Below are positions 25,409 through 38,560 of a DNA stretch of 64,000 bases, in pieces. The notes beneath the pieces were generated by a model. The model saw only the letters and a program-made list of their open reading frames with translations. It ran no database searches and was not told the origin of the DNA. How positions within the stretch are numbered: the first letter of the stretch is position 1; every line of letters starts with the position of its first letter. Source of the DNA: Octopus sinensis (taxonomy: Eukaryota); NCBI RefSeq assembly GCF_006345805.1, contig NC_043003.1, forward strand, positions 47,120,001 to 47,184,000, given 5' to 3'. The position numbers and the translations under genes are program-made.

Positions 25409-25735
25409 CAGAAGCGGTATCTAATGTTTTGCGTCAGCCTCTTCGTCAGAGAGAGAGATAAGGGGGGAAAAGTATTTATTCAGAGTCCTACTTAATAATT
25501 TTCGATGTGTAAATCTGGATGTACTAACGTAGAGAGCATGTATGTTCGTGGTAGCTTGAACAGCTGCAATAGCAGCCAAAGCTCCACCTAACGAAACCCT
25601 AACTTCTTGAAAATGGAAGGACATGTTGGATTATGTAGTCTTAGATACACTATGACTGAGCTAAAACGAGTTGGTAAGAATGGAATTACTTTGATCAACG
25701 TATGGAAACTCGATCAATACAAATCTAGTGCTGAT

Positions 25736-25786
<51 letters not shown>

Positions 25787-26619
25787 TATGCACACACAGT
25801 TTGACGTCACACAAACTTACTGCCACTATCATCATTATAACTCTCTCCTTGTCTTTCTCTCAATTTGCGCCTCCCTGACTCTTAATGAGTGCTTTCATAC
25901 TCTGTGCCTCTATTTCACTATTCCACAGAGAGACAGAAAGACAGAGACGGAAGAAGAGAGAGAGAGAATATGATGGCAACTATTATTATTTTGCTCACTA
26001 TCTCTTTTGTTTATTAGGAATTTTGTAGCCATCCTCTACTTTTGCACATGCATAACATTCGAAATGTGACGTTACGTAACTGCCAAGAGCCCAAAGGAAA
26101 ATTAAGTTCCCGTTGATGTTAGTATCCTTCTAAAGTTAACAGGAAGCATAACCTTCAAGGCGGTGTCCCGACTAAAATATCATTTACAATCATTCTGCTT
26201 TCAGTTACAGATATAAAAAATACTGACGAAGTTTTTGCGAGCTTTTTTTCAATTGGAAAAACCAGAGAAGCGGGTAATTTTATCGAAAGCATGTGACTAC
26301 GGGAAACAATGGCTGGGAAAAAAAAATCAAACGCCTTTGTCTAATCAAATCGTACTGTTACGAAATTTGTGAGGTGTTTCCTCAATTCAAACAATGCTAG
26401 ATTAGTCATCAAATATTTTTCGTAACATTTCCACGCTCTTTTCTTTCAAATTATCCGCCCATCAATCGCTTACTTGTTGAACTCGCTTTCATACTAGAAC
26501 AAAGACGTGAGAGAGTATGTGTAAAATTTGTTCTTAAAGTTGCACATAATAGTATACATATTTATGCATTACGGGAATGTATATTATGCATGCATGTGCA
26601 TATGTGCATATTGTGTATG

Positions 26620-27000
26620 TATCTTTGTTTGTATGTATGTATGTATGTACGTATGTAGGTAGGTAGGTATCTATGTGTATGTATAACTGTCTGTATATGT
26701 ACGGATGTGCATATATACATGCGTGTATGTATGTACGTATGTGTGTATGTATCTATGTGCATATATATACATGTATGTATGTATATGTACGTGTATATGT
26801 ATGTGTCAGTATGTGTATATGCATATGTTATCCAGTTTTATTTCTAAATTTTCTCACCAATGAAGGAAAAACCGGTTTCTAACCCAGAAACAAGATTCGT
26901 TCAGTACACACTTATGTATGTATGTATGTATGTATGTATGTAGACATATGTATGTGTCCAAGTATGCATGCCATTTCATGTGTGAGTCTGTGTTCTGATT

Positions 27001-27096
<96 letters not shown>
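26620..27096. repeat. (TATG)n and (GT)n microsatellite block
   Basis: Direct reading. Confidence 0.9.
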
Positions 27097-27426
27097 CATA
27101 CGTATCAATCGCAAGCGAAATTTCTGGAATGTTCAACATAACTTTGCTTAACTAATTAATGGCTTTCATTGCAATTCCTTTCTACAGAATGCACTGGATA
27201 CTGTTTTGGGCCAAGACAAAACTGTCTCATAGAACAGCGGACTGTGTAGTACACACTCTGTGCCCCTCTCCCTTAACGATGAATTGTGATGGATAAATAA
27301 AATCTGTGAGAATTTACTTTTTTCTGTTATTTCATTTGGTGCGTATCACACTGGCCTACGGAGTTTTTAAAGTAAGCTGCTGTCAGCTATGGCTTTGTTA
27401 AGCTATACGCAAACAAGCTAACACGC

Positions 27427-30400
27427 TAATGGAGGCGAGAATACATTTATCAAAGGTTTATTACTTTACGTACATCGGGACTTAAGTCGCCAGTTACTTC
27501 TGTTTAGTTCATTCAGATTCGTTTAACACTTACTGCTGACATTCTTTCGCTGCTAACCAACTTCCCAGCTAGCCCGCAGCGAAGTTCCTGTTTACAGTTC
27601 GTCTGTCATGAATCCGGTTTCAGTCTATCGATGGAGACTATGTGTTGTTGTCCGCCAATTAGGAGTTGGAATGTTTTAACTCTCGGATTTATGACTTGAT
27701 ATGGACCATCGTAGGGTGACTGGAGGGATTTTCGTCGTGTGTCACGTCGAACGAACACAAAGTTAGCCGTGCGGAGGTCATCTGGTATGGATGACCTGGG
27801 TGTACCGTGTGTTGACATGGGAACAGAGCGCAACTGGCCCACGCTGTTTCTCAGTTGAGCGAGGTACCTTTTGACATCCGGGTCTGACTTCGTATTCGGA
27901 AGGAACTCTCCTGGCACTGTAAGAGAGGTACCGTACACCATTTCCGCGGAAGAAGTGTTGAGATTTTCTTTTGGGGCGGTGCGGATTCCCATCATCACCC
28001 ATGGGAGTTGGTCAATAGAATTTGGCCCATTAAGTCTGGTTGTCAAGGATTCCTTCAGGCGGCAGTAAAATCTCTCCACTAATCCGTTGGCCTGTGGGTG
28101 GTAGGCTGCTGTGTGGTTCATTGTGATTTCAAACAGGTCACACATGTCATTCCATAGCTTTGAGGTGAATTGTGGACCCCGACTGGATGAGATGCTGTCT
28201 GGGACACCGAAACTGGCGACTCAGTTTGCATTGAAGGCTCGGCTGACTTCTTGTGTTTCCGTGCTGCAGAGAGGGATAGCCTCAGGCCAACTGGTGTACC
28301 AAGATCAGTAGATACGAGCAACCCTGTGAAGGTGGTAGGAGGCCGACAAGGTCGATGTTGACATAGTTGAATCCAGCCTGAGGTGGTTCATAGTTGCCAA
28401 GGGGTGTTTTGGTCTGTTGATGAACCTTGGCTTGTTGACAGGGGATGCAGGTCCTGATCCAGTCCCCGGTTTGCTTGGCCATACCGTGCCAGATAAATTT
28501 GCTTGACAGCAGCTGCTGTGTGGCTTTGGTACATGAGTGGGAAAGTCTGTGAATGACGTCGAAAACTTTCTTGCGCCAGGCTGATGGGACGATCGGTCGT
28601 GACTTCCCAGTGGATACGTCACACAGTAGGGATGTGCTGTTAGAGCCAAAGTGTACGTCCTGCAAGGCAAGTGATGTGATGGCAGTGCGGTATGCCCTGA
28701 TCTTGTCATCTGTCTGTTGAGTTGCAGCCATATCTTCGTAATCCAAGCCTTCCGTTATTGGTGCTAGGTAGGTGTGAGAGCAGGTAGGAGCACGAGAATC
28801 GGCAACTGGGTTGCTCTTGCCGGCTATGTGTTGGATGTCTGTAGTGTACTCAGAAATGGTCGACAGCTGTCGTTGCTGACGTGCAGACCAAGGCTCCGCG
28901 AGCTTGCTCATAGCAAAGGTGAGTGGTTTGTGATCCGTGAATACTGTAAATATGTGGCCTTCAAGGAAATAGCGAAAGTGGCGGACACCTAGATGGACAG
29001 CCAGTAGTTCCCTGTCAAAAGCACTCTATTTCTGTTCAGGGGGTCATAGTTATCGGCTGAAGAAAGCGAGCGGTCGCTACTGGCTGATGATATGTTGTTC
29101 CAAAATGCCTCAATGGCTGTGTCGGATGCATCACCTGTGAGTGCCGTCTATGTTGACATATGATGATGGGACAGCATGGTTGCGTGAGCCAGGGCTTGTT
29201 TTGTGGATTCAAAGGCTGAAGTCATTGTACTATCCCACTCTACCTGTCTTTCTGAGCCCTCTTTCGACAGTGATTTATTTAGGAGTCTCATTACTCTTGC
29301 TGCAGAAGGGATGAAGCGATGGTAAAAGTTTACCATGCCCACAAATTGGTGTAGAGCCTTGCTTGTGATGGGATATGGAAAGGATAGGATAGTTTTCACT
29401 TTTCTGGCTGGGATGTAGCGCCGGCACTTGTGATTCGATGTCCCAAGATGTCGATTTCTGTCGCACCAAAAACGCACTTGGTGGAGTTGATTACTAAACC
29501 ATACTGTTCCAGCCTATCAAAAAGAGTCACTAGGTACTTCTTATGTAGCTCCGCGTTTTGGCTTGCAATAAGGATATCATCTAAGTATGCAAAGACAAAA
29601 TCGAGACCTCTGCACACAGTGTCCATCAGGTGTTGGAAGGATTGTGCTGCGTTTTTCAATCCAAAGAGTGTACATAGGAATTCGTACAGACCGAAAGGAG
29701 CGATCACAGCGGTTTTCGGTACATCGTCGTCTTGTACTGTATTTGGTGGTATCCCCGGATGAGGTCAACCTTCGAGAAAACCGAGCACCCGGCTAGCTGG
29801 ACTAAGAAATCCTGTATGGGTGGAGAGGGGTAGCAGCTAGGTGTCGTATCTGCGTTGAGGCGGCGGTAATCTCCCCGGGGTCGATAACCTCAGTTGGATT
29901 TGGGGGCCACATGCAGGGGTGACGACCAAGGACTGCTTGATCGGCGAACTATGCCCAATGCTTCCATATTGTCGGACTTGGCCTTCGCGATTGTAAGTTT
30001 GGTAATAGACGACGTGCGCGGCTGTACACAGGGGCGGTGGTGGAGGTGTGGTGTGTCACTCTGTAGAGGGCTGTAGGTTTGGAGAGTGTCGGAGTGGTGA
30101 GATTGGGACGACTTACAAGAAGATTCAAGAATTCGTTCTTGGTCTGTGAGACGGTTGCTATGCTGGGGGGCGGCATGTGTAGATGTTGCAAGAGACACGG
30201 AAGCGTATGTGCTGTTGTCGAGGAAAGTCTGCACCGATTATGGGCTGATGGACATCGGCGATGGTGAATACCCATGTTCATTTTGCGATCCGATGTTGAG
30301 AGAAAGGATGTGACGACCGTATGCCTCGATTGTGGACCCGTTGGCGGCTGTTAAAGTTTGGCTCCGCTTTCCGTGACGGAGATCCACTGCCGACGCCGGA

Positions 30401-30707
30401 ATCACGCTACTTCTGCTCCTGTGTCGATTAGGAACCTGCGTCCGGAGCTCCGATCGCGGACATAGAAGAGCAAACAAACTAGTGGAGACGAGAATACATT
30501 TATCAAAGGTTTATTGCTTTACGTACATTGGGGTTTAGGTCGCCAGTTACTTCTGTTTAGTTCATTCAGATTCGTTTCACACTCACTGTTGACATTCTTT
30601 TGTTGCTCTTCTCTCACCGGAAGTCCCTTTCACTGCTGACCAACTTCCTAGGCCGCCCGCAACGATGTTCCTGTCTACAGTTCGTCTGTCATGAATCTTG
30701 CCCTACA
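27427..30707 (-). mobile_element. Gypsy (CsRn1-like) element with frameshifted pol (PR-RT-RH-IN), lacking gag and PBS
   Basis: LTR-like direct repeats 27427-27614 and 30479-30707 (outer end TGTAGGG on the - strand). Protease RRFLIDTGAEV (frameshifted), RT FVFAYLDDILIAS (ORF 29396-29707), integrase HTAAYHPQANGLVERF...PYDGPY (ORF 27606-28145). No TSD found. Confidence 0.9.
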
Positions 30708-31223
30708 CAATACTAATAACCACTACATTCATTACATATACCAGTAACATAGAACTGGTACGTATGTCTCTGTGTATGCGCGCGTGCGTCTGTGGGATAG
30801 AGATCCTGGCCACCCGTCACTTCGACAAATGAGATTCCAGCAAGTCAACAGTACAGTACTTTTTACTGAACTTAAGTGCGATGGTGACGGGATTGGTGCT
30901 GGTGTTTTAGTTTGTTGAACAACCTGCACAATGAATCATCGATAATGGGGGGATGGTTTGTGCAGATCCAGTCCCATTGTCGCATCCTTCGGGCTTGTAT
31001 TGGTCTGATTCAGCGAGTGTCACTAGAGCGTCACTAGCCCTGTAGTTATCTGGATGCAGGATTTGCATGGAGTTATCTTCTCTTAGATGATTAGCTAAAG
31101 AGCTGTAGGATCGTGTCTTCCATGAGTACGTTGAGATTCTGTGAGTAATCCCCTTCTGGAGATCACTCATTTGTGTGTGTGTGTGTGTGTGTGTGTGACT
31201 GAGTGAGTATGTGCGTGCTTGTG

Positions 31224-31287
<64 letters not shown>

Positions 31288-31325
31288 TGTGTGTCTGTGT
31301 CTGTGTAACAAGAGTTCTTTATGTA

Positions 31326-32415
31326 TTGGGGTTGGCAACTAAGTTCCCGCCGTTTTATAAAATTTTGGAATTTATAGCGTTTTTTTAATTGGAATCTATT
31401 TTTTTCGAAAATTCCTTTTTGAATCATTTTGAAATCTATTTTGTTTTGTTTTGTTTTTTTTTGTTTTTTTCTGGTTAATTTTAGTTAATTTTTGTTTATT
31501 TTTCAGATCATTAAAATGGAATGTTAAGTTAAGAAAAACGAACGTTTTCGACTCCTCCTTTTTGCTTTTAATCAAGGTTCTAAGGTCGCAAAAGCTGCTC
31601 GTCACATTTGTGCTATGTATGGAGAGGGTGCCATAGCTGAAACCACCCCTTGTGATTGATATGCCTAATTCAAAAATGGCAATTTTGACCTCAAAGACGC
31701 ACCTCGTTCTGGTCGTCCAGTTGAGTTCGATGAAGAGCGATTAAACCAACTTTTGCACGAAAATTCTCGTCAAATAACAAGGGAAATAGCAGATAAAATG
31801 AAATGCCCCCACACTGCTATAGAGAAGCATCTTCACTCGATGGGAAAGGTTCAGAAGTATGGAGCATGGGTTCCGGATGCTTTAAGTGACAACAACAAAA
31901 ACCAACGAGCCACAGTCTCCGCTGGTTTGCTTGCTCGTCACCGCTCAACTCATGGACACAAGCGATGTTCAACAGATGGAACGACTCAACACGGCTATTC
32001 AAGAGAAAAAAACCTAATCGGCAGCATGGAGTTCTGCTGCATGACAACGCCCCCCTTCATATCGCCAATATGACCAATGAAGCCATTGAAACGCATGGCT
32101 GGGAAGTGCTGCCACACTCGCCGTACTCTCCTGATTTGACACCAACGGATTCCCACCTCTTCCGATCTCTTTCAAATGCTATATGCGGAGTTTCGTTCAA
32201 TACTGATGCAGAATTGAGAGCTTAGTTGGATCAATTTTTCGAGTCGAAATCGGATGATTTCTACCAACGATGTATTGAAAATCTTGTTGAACGTTGGAAA
32301 GAAGTTGTAAACAACAAGGGTGAATACATTACTGATTAATTAGTTGTTATTTTTTATTAAACCTTTTTAAAAATTTTAATTTTTAAAAACGGCGGGAACT
32401 TACTTGCCAACCTAA
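31326..32415 (+). mobile_element. Mariner element with degenerate, partly deleted transposase
   Basis: TIRs TTGGGGTTGGCAACTAAGTTCCCGCCGTTTT / AAAACGGCGGGAACTTACTTGCCAACCTAA with TA flanks; KYGAWVP, LLHDNAP and GWEVLPHSPYSPDLTPTDSHLFRSL motifs. Confidence 0.93.
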
Positions 32416-32466
32416 TATTAGAACATAATTTATGTGTTTCATTAATAGGAAAGGTGTTCATGCAAT

Positions 32467-32668
32467 ACTCTTTTACTTGTTTCAGTCATTTGACTGCGGC
32501 CATGCTGGAGCACCGCCTTTAGTCGAGCAAGTCGACCCCGGGACTTATTCTTTGTAAGCCCAGTACTTATTCTATCGGTCTCTTTTTGCCGAACCGCTAA
32601 GTGACGGGGACGTAAACACACCAGCATCGGTTGTCAAGCAATGCTAGGGGACAAACACAGACACACAA

Positions 32669-32705
<37 letters not shown>

Positions 32706-32832
32706 CATATATACGACAGGCTTCTTTCAGTTTCCGTCTACCACTCACAAGGCATTGGTCGGCCCGGAGCTATAGCAGAACACACTTGCCCAAGATGCCA
32801 CGCAGTGGGACTGAACCCGGAACCATGTGGTT
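32467..32832 (-). mobile_element. Type B SINE
   Basis: Reverse complement of the 34225-34670 family sequence. Confidence 0.88.
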
Positions 32833-32982
32833 AAAACTGCGTAATATGACACACAAAAAAAAATGTTTGGACTGGTATTTACTTATAAACATTGAAGTGA
32901 ATGGATGTCTCAGTGGAGACGTATCGGCGTTATTTGCGTCAGGAGTGCTCATCGTTTTTTATAAATTAGAAGTAAACTAAAC

Positions 32983-33413
32983 GGATCTTTTCGGTTTGAA
33001 CGGCAGTTTTTTCTAGCGGTGTCATATGAAATTGTCACCCATAATTATGACCCTAGTATCGATCTATTGCATTTCAATCTGTTTTAGGGTTAGTTAGGGT
33101 TAGGGTTAGTGTTAGGGGTGGGGGGGAGTGTATCTTTTTTCTTCAGAAATGTAAATAAACCCAATCTGTTTCTTAAACGAGGGACATATTCATACGGCAC
33201 AATGTTTTCACCTCAATAGACGTCATTGATTGGTTGAAATTGCAGAAATTGAAGAAAAAAAAACAACAAATTTCTCACAAACTATAGAATTTTCTCAATA
33301 AAGCCAAGAGAAAAAAATGTTTTATAAACACATTCTACCAGTATACAAAGTTTAAAAGTGTTTAGTTACGTGGAAATTATTTTTAAAAACTGCCGTTCAA
33401 GCCGAAAAGATTC
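32983..33413. mobile_element. MITE with ~29-bp TIRs and an internal (TTAGGG)n-like tract
   Basis: GGATCTTTTCGGTTTGAACGGCAGTTTTT vs AAAAACTGCCGTTCAAGCCGAAAAGATTC. Flanks ACTAAAC/AATAAAC are an imperfect possible TSD. Telomere-like tract at 33084-33118. Confidence 0.85.
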
Positions 33414-33431
33414 AATAAACTTGTACTCCGT

Positions 33432-33735
33432 CGGTTACGCCGACGAGAGTTTCAGTTGATCCGGTGAACGGAACAACCTGCTCATGAAATTAGCGAGAAT
33501 GTGGTTGAACACTCCACAGACACATGTTCCCTTAAAGTAGTTCTCAGGGAGATTCAGCGTGACATAAAGTGACAAAGCTGGCCCTTTGAAATACAGGTAC
33601 TACTCATTTTTTCCAGCTAAGTGAACAGGAGCAACATGAAATAAAGTGTCTTGCTCAAGGACACAACGCGTCGTCGGGAATCGAACTCATGACCTCGCGA
33701 TCATGAGCCGAATAGCCTAACCACGAAGCCACGCG
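33432..33735 (-). mobile_element. tRNA-derived SINE, type C
   Basis: Reverse complement of the head GCGCGTGGCTTCGTGGTTAGG...GAGTTCGATTCCC; related to 34901 and 44155. Confidence 0.8.
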
Positions 33736-34221
33736 CATTCACAGATTGGGAGTATATACAACGCATTAAGGAAGTATGTCAAAAACTGAGGCGATACGTT
33801 TCATTGGTTAGTAGTGAGATGATCATGTACCATTAAAACAGTTTTGTAATGGCTTAGAGTGAGTTGGAGAAACGCCCATTACCTTCTGATGACCTACAGA
33901 ACTAGTTGTTGGAAAGGAGAAAATTAGCGTGTGACCGGAGATTTTGTAGATTTCTAGCAACAGAATGAACTCCTCTAAATCCTCGAATGGCCAAGTTGTG
34001 GATTTAACACTTTTGTTAGGCATATTTCTGTTGAATTACACTGTCTTTGCTTCAGTTAATTTTTAAAATAACGAAAAATTTAGTTAAATAACTTTGTTAT
34101 TAATAAACTAGTGTTTGTAACATATCTTAATATATTTAGATAGGTTTTAAATTTAGATCACTTTCACTTTAAAGCAGGAAGTTTTTATCATAAAATCAAG
34201 AGTGGCTACTTTAAGGGAACA

Positions 34222-34385
34222 TAGGCGCAGGAGTGGCTGTGTGGTAAGTAGCTTGCTAACCAGCCACATGGTTCCGGGTTCAGTCCCACTGCGTGGCATC
34301 TTGGGCAAGTGTCTTCTGCTATAGCCCCGGGCCGACCAATGCCTTGTGAGTGGATTTGGTAGACGGAAACTGAAAGAAGCCTGTC

Positions 34386-34434
<49 letters not shown>

Positions 34435-34670
34435 GTGTGTGTGTGTGTTTGTGTGTCTGTGCTTGTCCCCCTAGCATTGCTTGACAACCGATGCTGGTGT
34501 GTTTACGTCCCCGTCATTAGCGGTTCGGCAAAAGAGACCGATAGAATAAGTACTGGGCTTACAAAGAATAAGTCCCGGGGTCGATTTGCTCGACTAAAGG
34601 CGGTGCTCCAGCATGGCCGCAGTCAAATGACTGAAACAAGTAAAAATAGTAAAAAAAGAGTAAAGAGAAT
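34222..34670 (+). mobile_element. Type B SINE, full length
   Basis: GGCGCAGGAGTGGCTGTGTGGTAAG head, GGTTCAGTCCC, (TA)n(GT)n core, GAAACAAGTAAAA tail. Confidence 0.9.
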
Positions 34671-34900
34671 GGTCTCAGGTGGGTTGCGAGGTTCAAGTTT
34701 ACAACTTCAGTAAATATATTACAATCTTGTGAACACATGAAAATGGACAACTGTCTGAGAGATAGCTTTCCTTGCCTAAACTAAAGGAAAAGGTGGGAAA
34801 ACGATTCTACAGATTTGAGAGAGGGCATAATTATAATTACTTATTATAATGCATGTTCATTTCAACTCTTCTGCTATACGTTCACTAAAAGTTGTTACAA

Positions 34901-35162
34901 GTGGAGGCGCGTGGCTTAGTGGTTAGGGTGTCAGCATCATGATCGTAAGATTGTGGTTTCGATTCCTGGACCGGGCGCCGCGTTGTGTTCTTGAGCAAAA
35001 CACTTCATTTCACGTTGCTCCAGTCCACTCAGCTGGCAAAAATGAGTAACGCTGCGATGGACTGGCGTCTCGTCCAGCTGGGGAGCACATACGCCATAGA
35101 AACCGGGAAATCGGGCCCATGAGCCTGGCTAGGCTTTAAAAGGGCGCATTTTTTTTTAATTT
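34901..35162 (+). mobile_element. Type C tRNA-SINE with 13-bp TSD
   Basis: A box TGGCTTAGTGG, B box GTTTCGATTCC; AAAGTTGTTACAA at 34888-34900 and 35163-35175. Confidence 0.9.
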
Positions 35163-35434
35163 AAAGTTGTTACAAAATTATTTTCTTTTAATGATTTATA
35201 TTGTCACGGTTTTGCACCTCCGCCTAACATAGACTATGAAAACCCATCTTAAAACAAAATTATTTTTAAGGTAAAAGAAAATATATAGTCACAGACTTGG
35301 CTTAAAAAACTGAAAAATGCTCCGTATCAAACTTCTAAACGCATAAAATCAAGTTTCAAACAAGCAACCTGCAGACTAAATAAATATATGTGAACAGCGA
35401 TCATTCATACTATCATTACCTATTTCTTTACTAC

Positions 35435-35650
35435 CCACAAGGGGCTAAACACAGAGAGGACAAACAAAGACAGACAAACGGATTAAGTCGATTACATCGA
35501 CCCCAGTGCGTAACTGATACTTAATTTATCGACCCCGAAAAGATGAAAGGCAAAATCAACCTCGGCGGAATTTGAACTCAGAACGTAACGGCAGACGAAA
35601 TATGGCTATGCATTTCGCCCAGCGTGCTAACGTTTCTGCCAGCTCGCCGC
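35435..35650 (-). mobile_element. Type A SINE
   Basis: Reverse complement of the type A consensus (…TTTCTGCCAGCTCGCCGCCTT). Confidence 0.88.
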
Positions 35651-35699
35651 CTTTCCTACTGTCATTACCTGTGACCGAATTCACATTCTGCCTGCAGTA

Positions 35700-36070
35700 C
35701 ATTTTTAGCGCACGCCTTCAAAGCATACAAGGCCAGTCTATATTTAAATATACATGACTTCTTGCTCACAACATCATAAGCGGAAAGTGTAAACTCTCGA
35801 AAGAGCTGTTCTTCACTCCTGCTCCAGAGCGTCGGCTGCGGAGTCATTCCGAAAAGCTCTATCTGCGACGATTTCATCTCAATCGAAGGAGAGGGGTTTT
35901 CTCCGTCCGGGTTGCGGATCCGTGGAATAAGCTGCCGGACGTGATGGTTCAAAGTCTCCCTTGACCACAAGTGGCCTGAACTCTTTACATGAACACCACC
36001 CTGTACATAACTCCATGCCTTGCTTTTTGCTTTTTGAGCCAAAAAATTAAGTAACTAACTAACTAACTGC
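35700..36070 (+). mobile_element. CR1-group LINE 3' end
   Basis: + strand reads ELFFTPAPERRLRSHSEKLYLRRFHLNRRR / FSVRVADPWNKLPDVMV, the conserved CR1-type ORF2 tail, followed by a (TAAC)n tail at ~36052-36068. Confidence 0.8.
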
Positions 36071-36429
36071 TACAATTTCATCATAATCAAAATTTTCCCG
36101 AAAATGTGACTGTATGTGCCGTGTTAAAGGAAAAATCGTGTCGTTTTTAAGTATTAAAATATTTTTTGCTCAATTTTTAATTTCAATAAGTATTAATACC
36201 AACAAAAAAATCCATGATTTTATTCGTGCATATTTATATTACATAATGAATAAACTGTTTTTGTAAGTTCTTTTTTTAATATTAAATTATTTTCATAAAA
36301 TATTTTACTAGAATAGTATCAAATTGTTTTCTGTTGAATGCCAAGAGCCTTAATATAGTTTATTTGGCCAACAAGTTAACAACCTAATCAGTCTGACTTA
36401 ATATTTCAGAAAACATTTGAAGTCATTAT

Positions 36430-38560
36430 GGAACGCAGAGAACGCTATGAAGTTTACAATGGAAGATACAAGAGGAAAAAAATTGAGCCACATAAGTCGG
36501 CCATGATAAAGTAACAAAGTAACAAGACCTCTTTTTCCAAATTAAATAAAGTGATAGAAATTTGCTTTTTTTTTTTTTTTGTTTTTTTTTTGTTTTTTTA
36601 GAGAAACAATTGGAAAAATCGTCACGACCATTTGCTGAAGTTAAGGAAATCGTCTGCCCGGAGAAAAAGAAACTATTTGAGTGTCGCGAGTTGCAGTGTT
36701 ATTTTGTTGGCTGGTCTGAGGTTAGGTTTGTTGAATGAAAATTTATTTCTCAGTCTGCGCGAAAAAGTAACTGACAACACTGCGAATAATTAGCGGAAGA
36801 TTTTATTATTGCATATAGAGTTTTAGCCAGAGTTTTGACTGCGTTGGTCTTTTACAAACACTAACAGTAATAATTATATTCTGAGAAAAACATGCTGCCT
36901 AGAGTTTACGACACGCTTACTGAAGCAGCAATCTGTGGTCGGCCCATCACAATTGGAAAACAATTGAGCTGTATCCGTGGCGATGAAAATTCCTGTCAAC
37001 CAAAGGCCATCTGTTTTAACCGGCTGGATGTGGCGAGAATAGAATCACAACGCATGGCTACCTCAACATTCTGTAATTACTGCCAATAAAACACCTTTTA
37101 CTATAGTGCACAAGAAGAAGATTGAATCATGCAATGGCTTGACGCTGATTGTTGCTTATTAGATCGATCACATTGTGATGCTTGACCGGCTACCTAACGG
37201 TTCGGTTTCGAATCACCGCTACAAGAGTATTAGCTCCTCAGTAAATACTGTTTCTCGCCGCATCATTTATTTAGCAAGCAATCCATATCAGCACCTGGAT
37301 ACGACTGCGATAGATTTTGAAAAAAATGTTCCCCTTGCGCTTGATGTAGACACTTCTTATTGCACTGTCCTTATCTGCGGAGTTGGCAAAAACTGTAATG
37401 TTACTGACAAATTACAAGATTTACTATCAACGAAAATAACAATAGTAGGGTGAGACGTATCTAGTGCTCTGGAAATGTGCATTGAACATACTGGATTGAA
37501 TTGGTTAAAAATTCGTATCGGTGGCAACAGACAGTGTACCTTCTAATATGTTCTGAACGGGTGTGCATAGTTAGACTTCTCAAAAATAAACTGAACAACC
37601 TTGATGTCATCTCTCTCCGCTATATATTGTATTATGCATTAAGAGGATCTGTGTGGAAAGTAGTTCAGGTGAAGAGTGTTATAGCTATAGCTGTGAAAAT
37701 TGATAACTTTATTTGAGCACAGGCTCTCAACAACAGACAGTTTACTTCTTTTCAAGCCTCCATTGATAAAGTATTCGAAGAATCATTGCATAATACTGAA
37801 GAAAGGTGGCTCAGTCGAAGAATTGTTCTGATTTTTTTTTTTTTTTTTGTCCAACGCAATGAAAGACAATAATGTTCCTGAACTTAGTAATCCCTCTTTC
37901 ATATCTAATCTGGTGTTCCTCACTATTCTGACAGAAGACTTTAGCACTTTAAACTTGAGCCTTCATGATCCATAGCAGGTTATTACGATGATGTACGAGT
38001 GAATGAGATCGTACAAGCGTAAACTTTCATTGTGGGCAAAACAGCTTGCACTCAGTAGCCTAAGCAGTCATCAGGCAAGGTCGACGCACTGCGCTTGAAA
38101 AAATATGCAAATATAATTTGAAATTTGCTAACAGAATTTGATCGGCGTTTTCAAGACCTTTCAGCGTTAGAAAAAGAAATTATGTTTATTATTACTCCAC
38201 TGGCCATGGACGTTGGTAGTACTTCTGAGGAATGTCAAGTAAAGTTAGTGGAACTTCAGTGTGACACCATACTGAATCAGAAATATGCAATGATTAGAGT
38301 TTCAGAGTTGAACAAGTTTTCTTTTTTTCCATGTAACAGATTTCCCTGTTTGCCTCGGCTCTGCGAATTATGGTCATATTTAGAAGTACATATGTTTATG
38401 GGCAGTTCTTTTCGACAATGAAGATAAATATATCTGCGTTTGCGGTCAAGACTCAGAGATGAACGTTTGCGATTTATTCTAAGACTTGCAAATTTACATG
38501 ATTTGAAGCGAAATATAGAATCTCTGTTTGCTGCAAAATATTGCCAAAAATAATTTTCAA
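36430..38560 (+). pseudogene. Degenerate hAT transposase (Charlie/GTF2IRD2-like), interrupted by a solo LTR
   Basis: CPEKKKLFE..SVNTVSRRI..LALD..; C-terminal LTEFDRRFQDL..VELQCDTILNQKY and RSRLRDERL (dimerisation region); many stops and frameshifts. Confidence 0.8.
36682..37223. mobile_element. Candidate solo LTR (542 bp)
   Basis: TGT...ACA-bounded insertion splitting the hAT reading LFE|SIS; internal AATAAA; flanks TGAG/AGAG are only an imperfect TSD. Confidence 0.55.

Noticed and set aside
30850-31170. ~90-codon minus-strand open stretch (SDLQKGITHRIST...) as an exon
   Set aside because: No recognisable domain and no convincing splice sites, and it is sandwiched between an LTR and a microsatellite; a BLASTX or RNA-seq hit would be needed.
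33084-33118. True telomere or healed chromosome end
   Set aside because: Only ~35 bp, degenerate, and internal to a TIR-bounded MITE.
34901-34975. tRNA genes at tRNA-like heads (also 43270, 44155, 48939)
   Set aside because: A/B boxes are present but continue into non-tRNA bodies, one with a 13-bp TSD; these are SINEs.
35665-36042. 125-aa minus-strand ORF as an orphan gene
   Set aside because: The + strand shows the conserved CR1-type LINE tail (RVADPWNKLP) and a (TAAC)n tail; the ORF is its antisense shadow.
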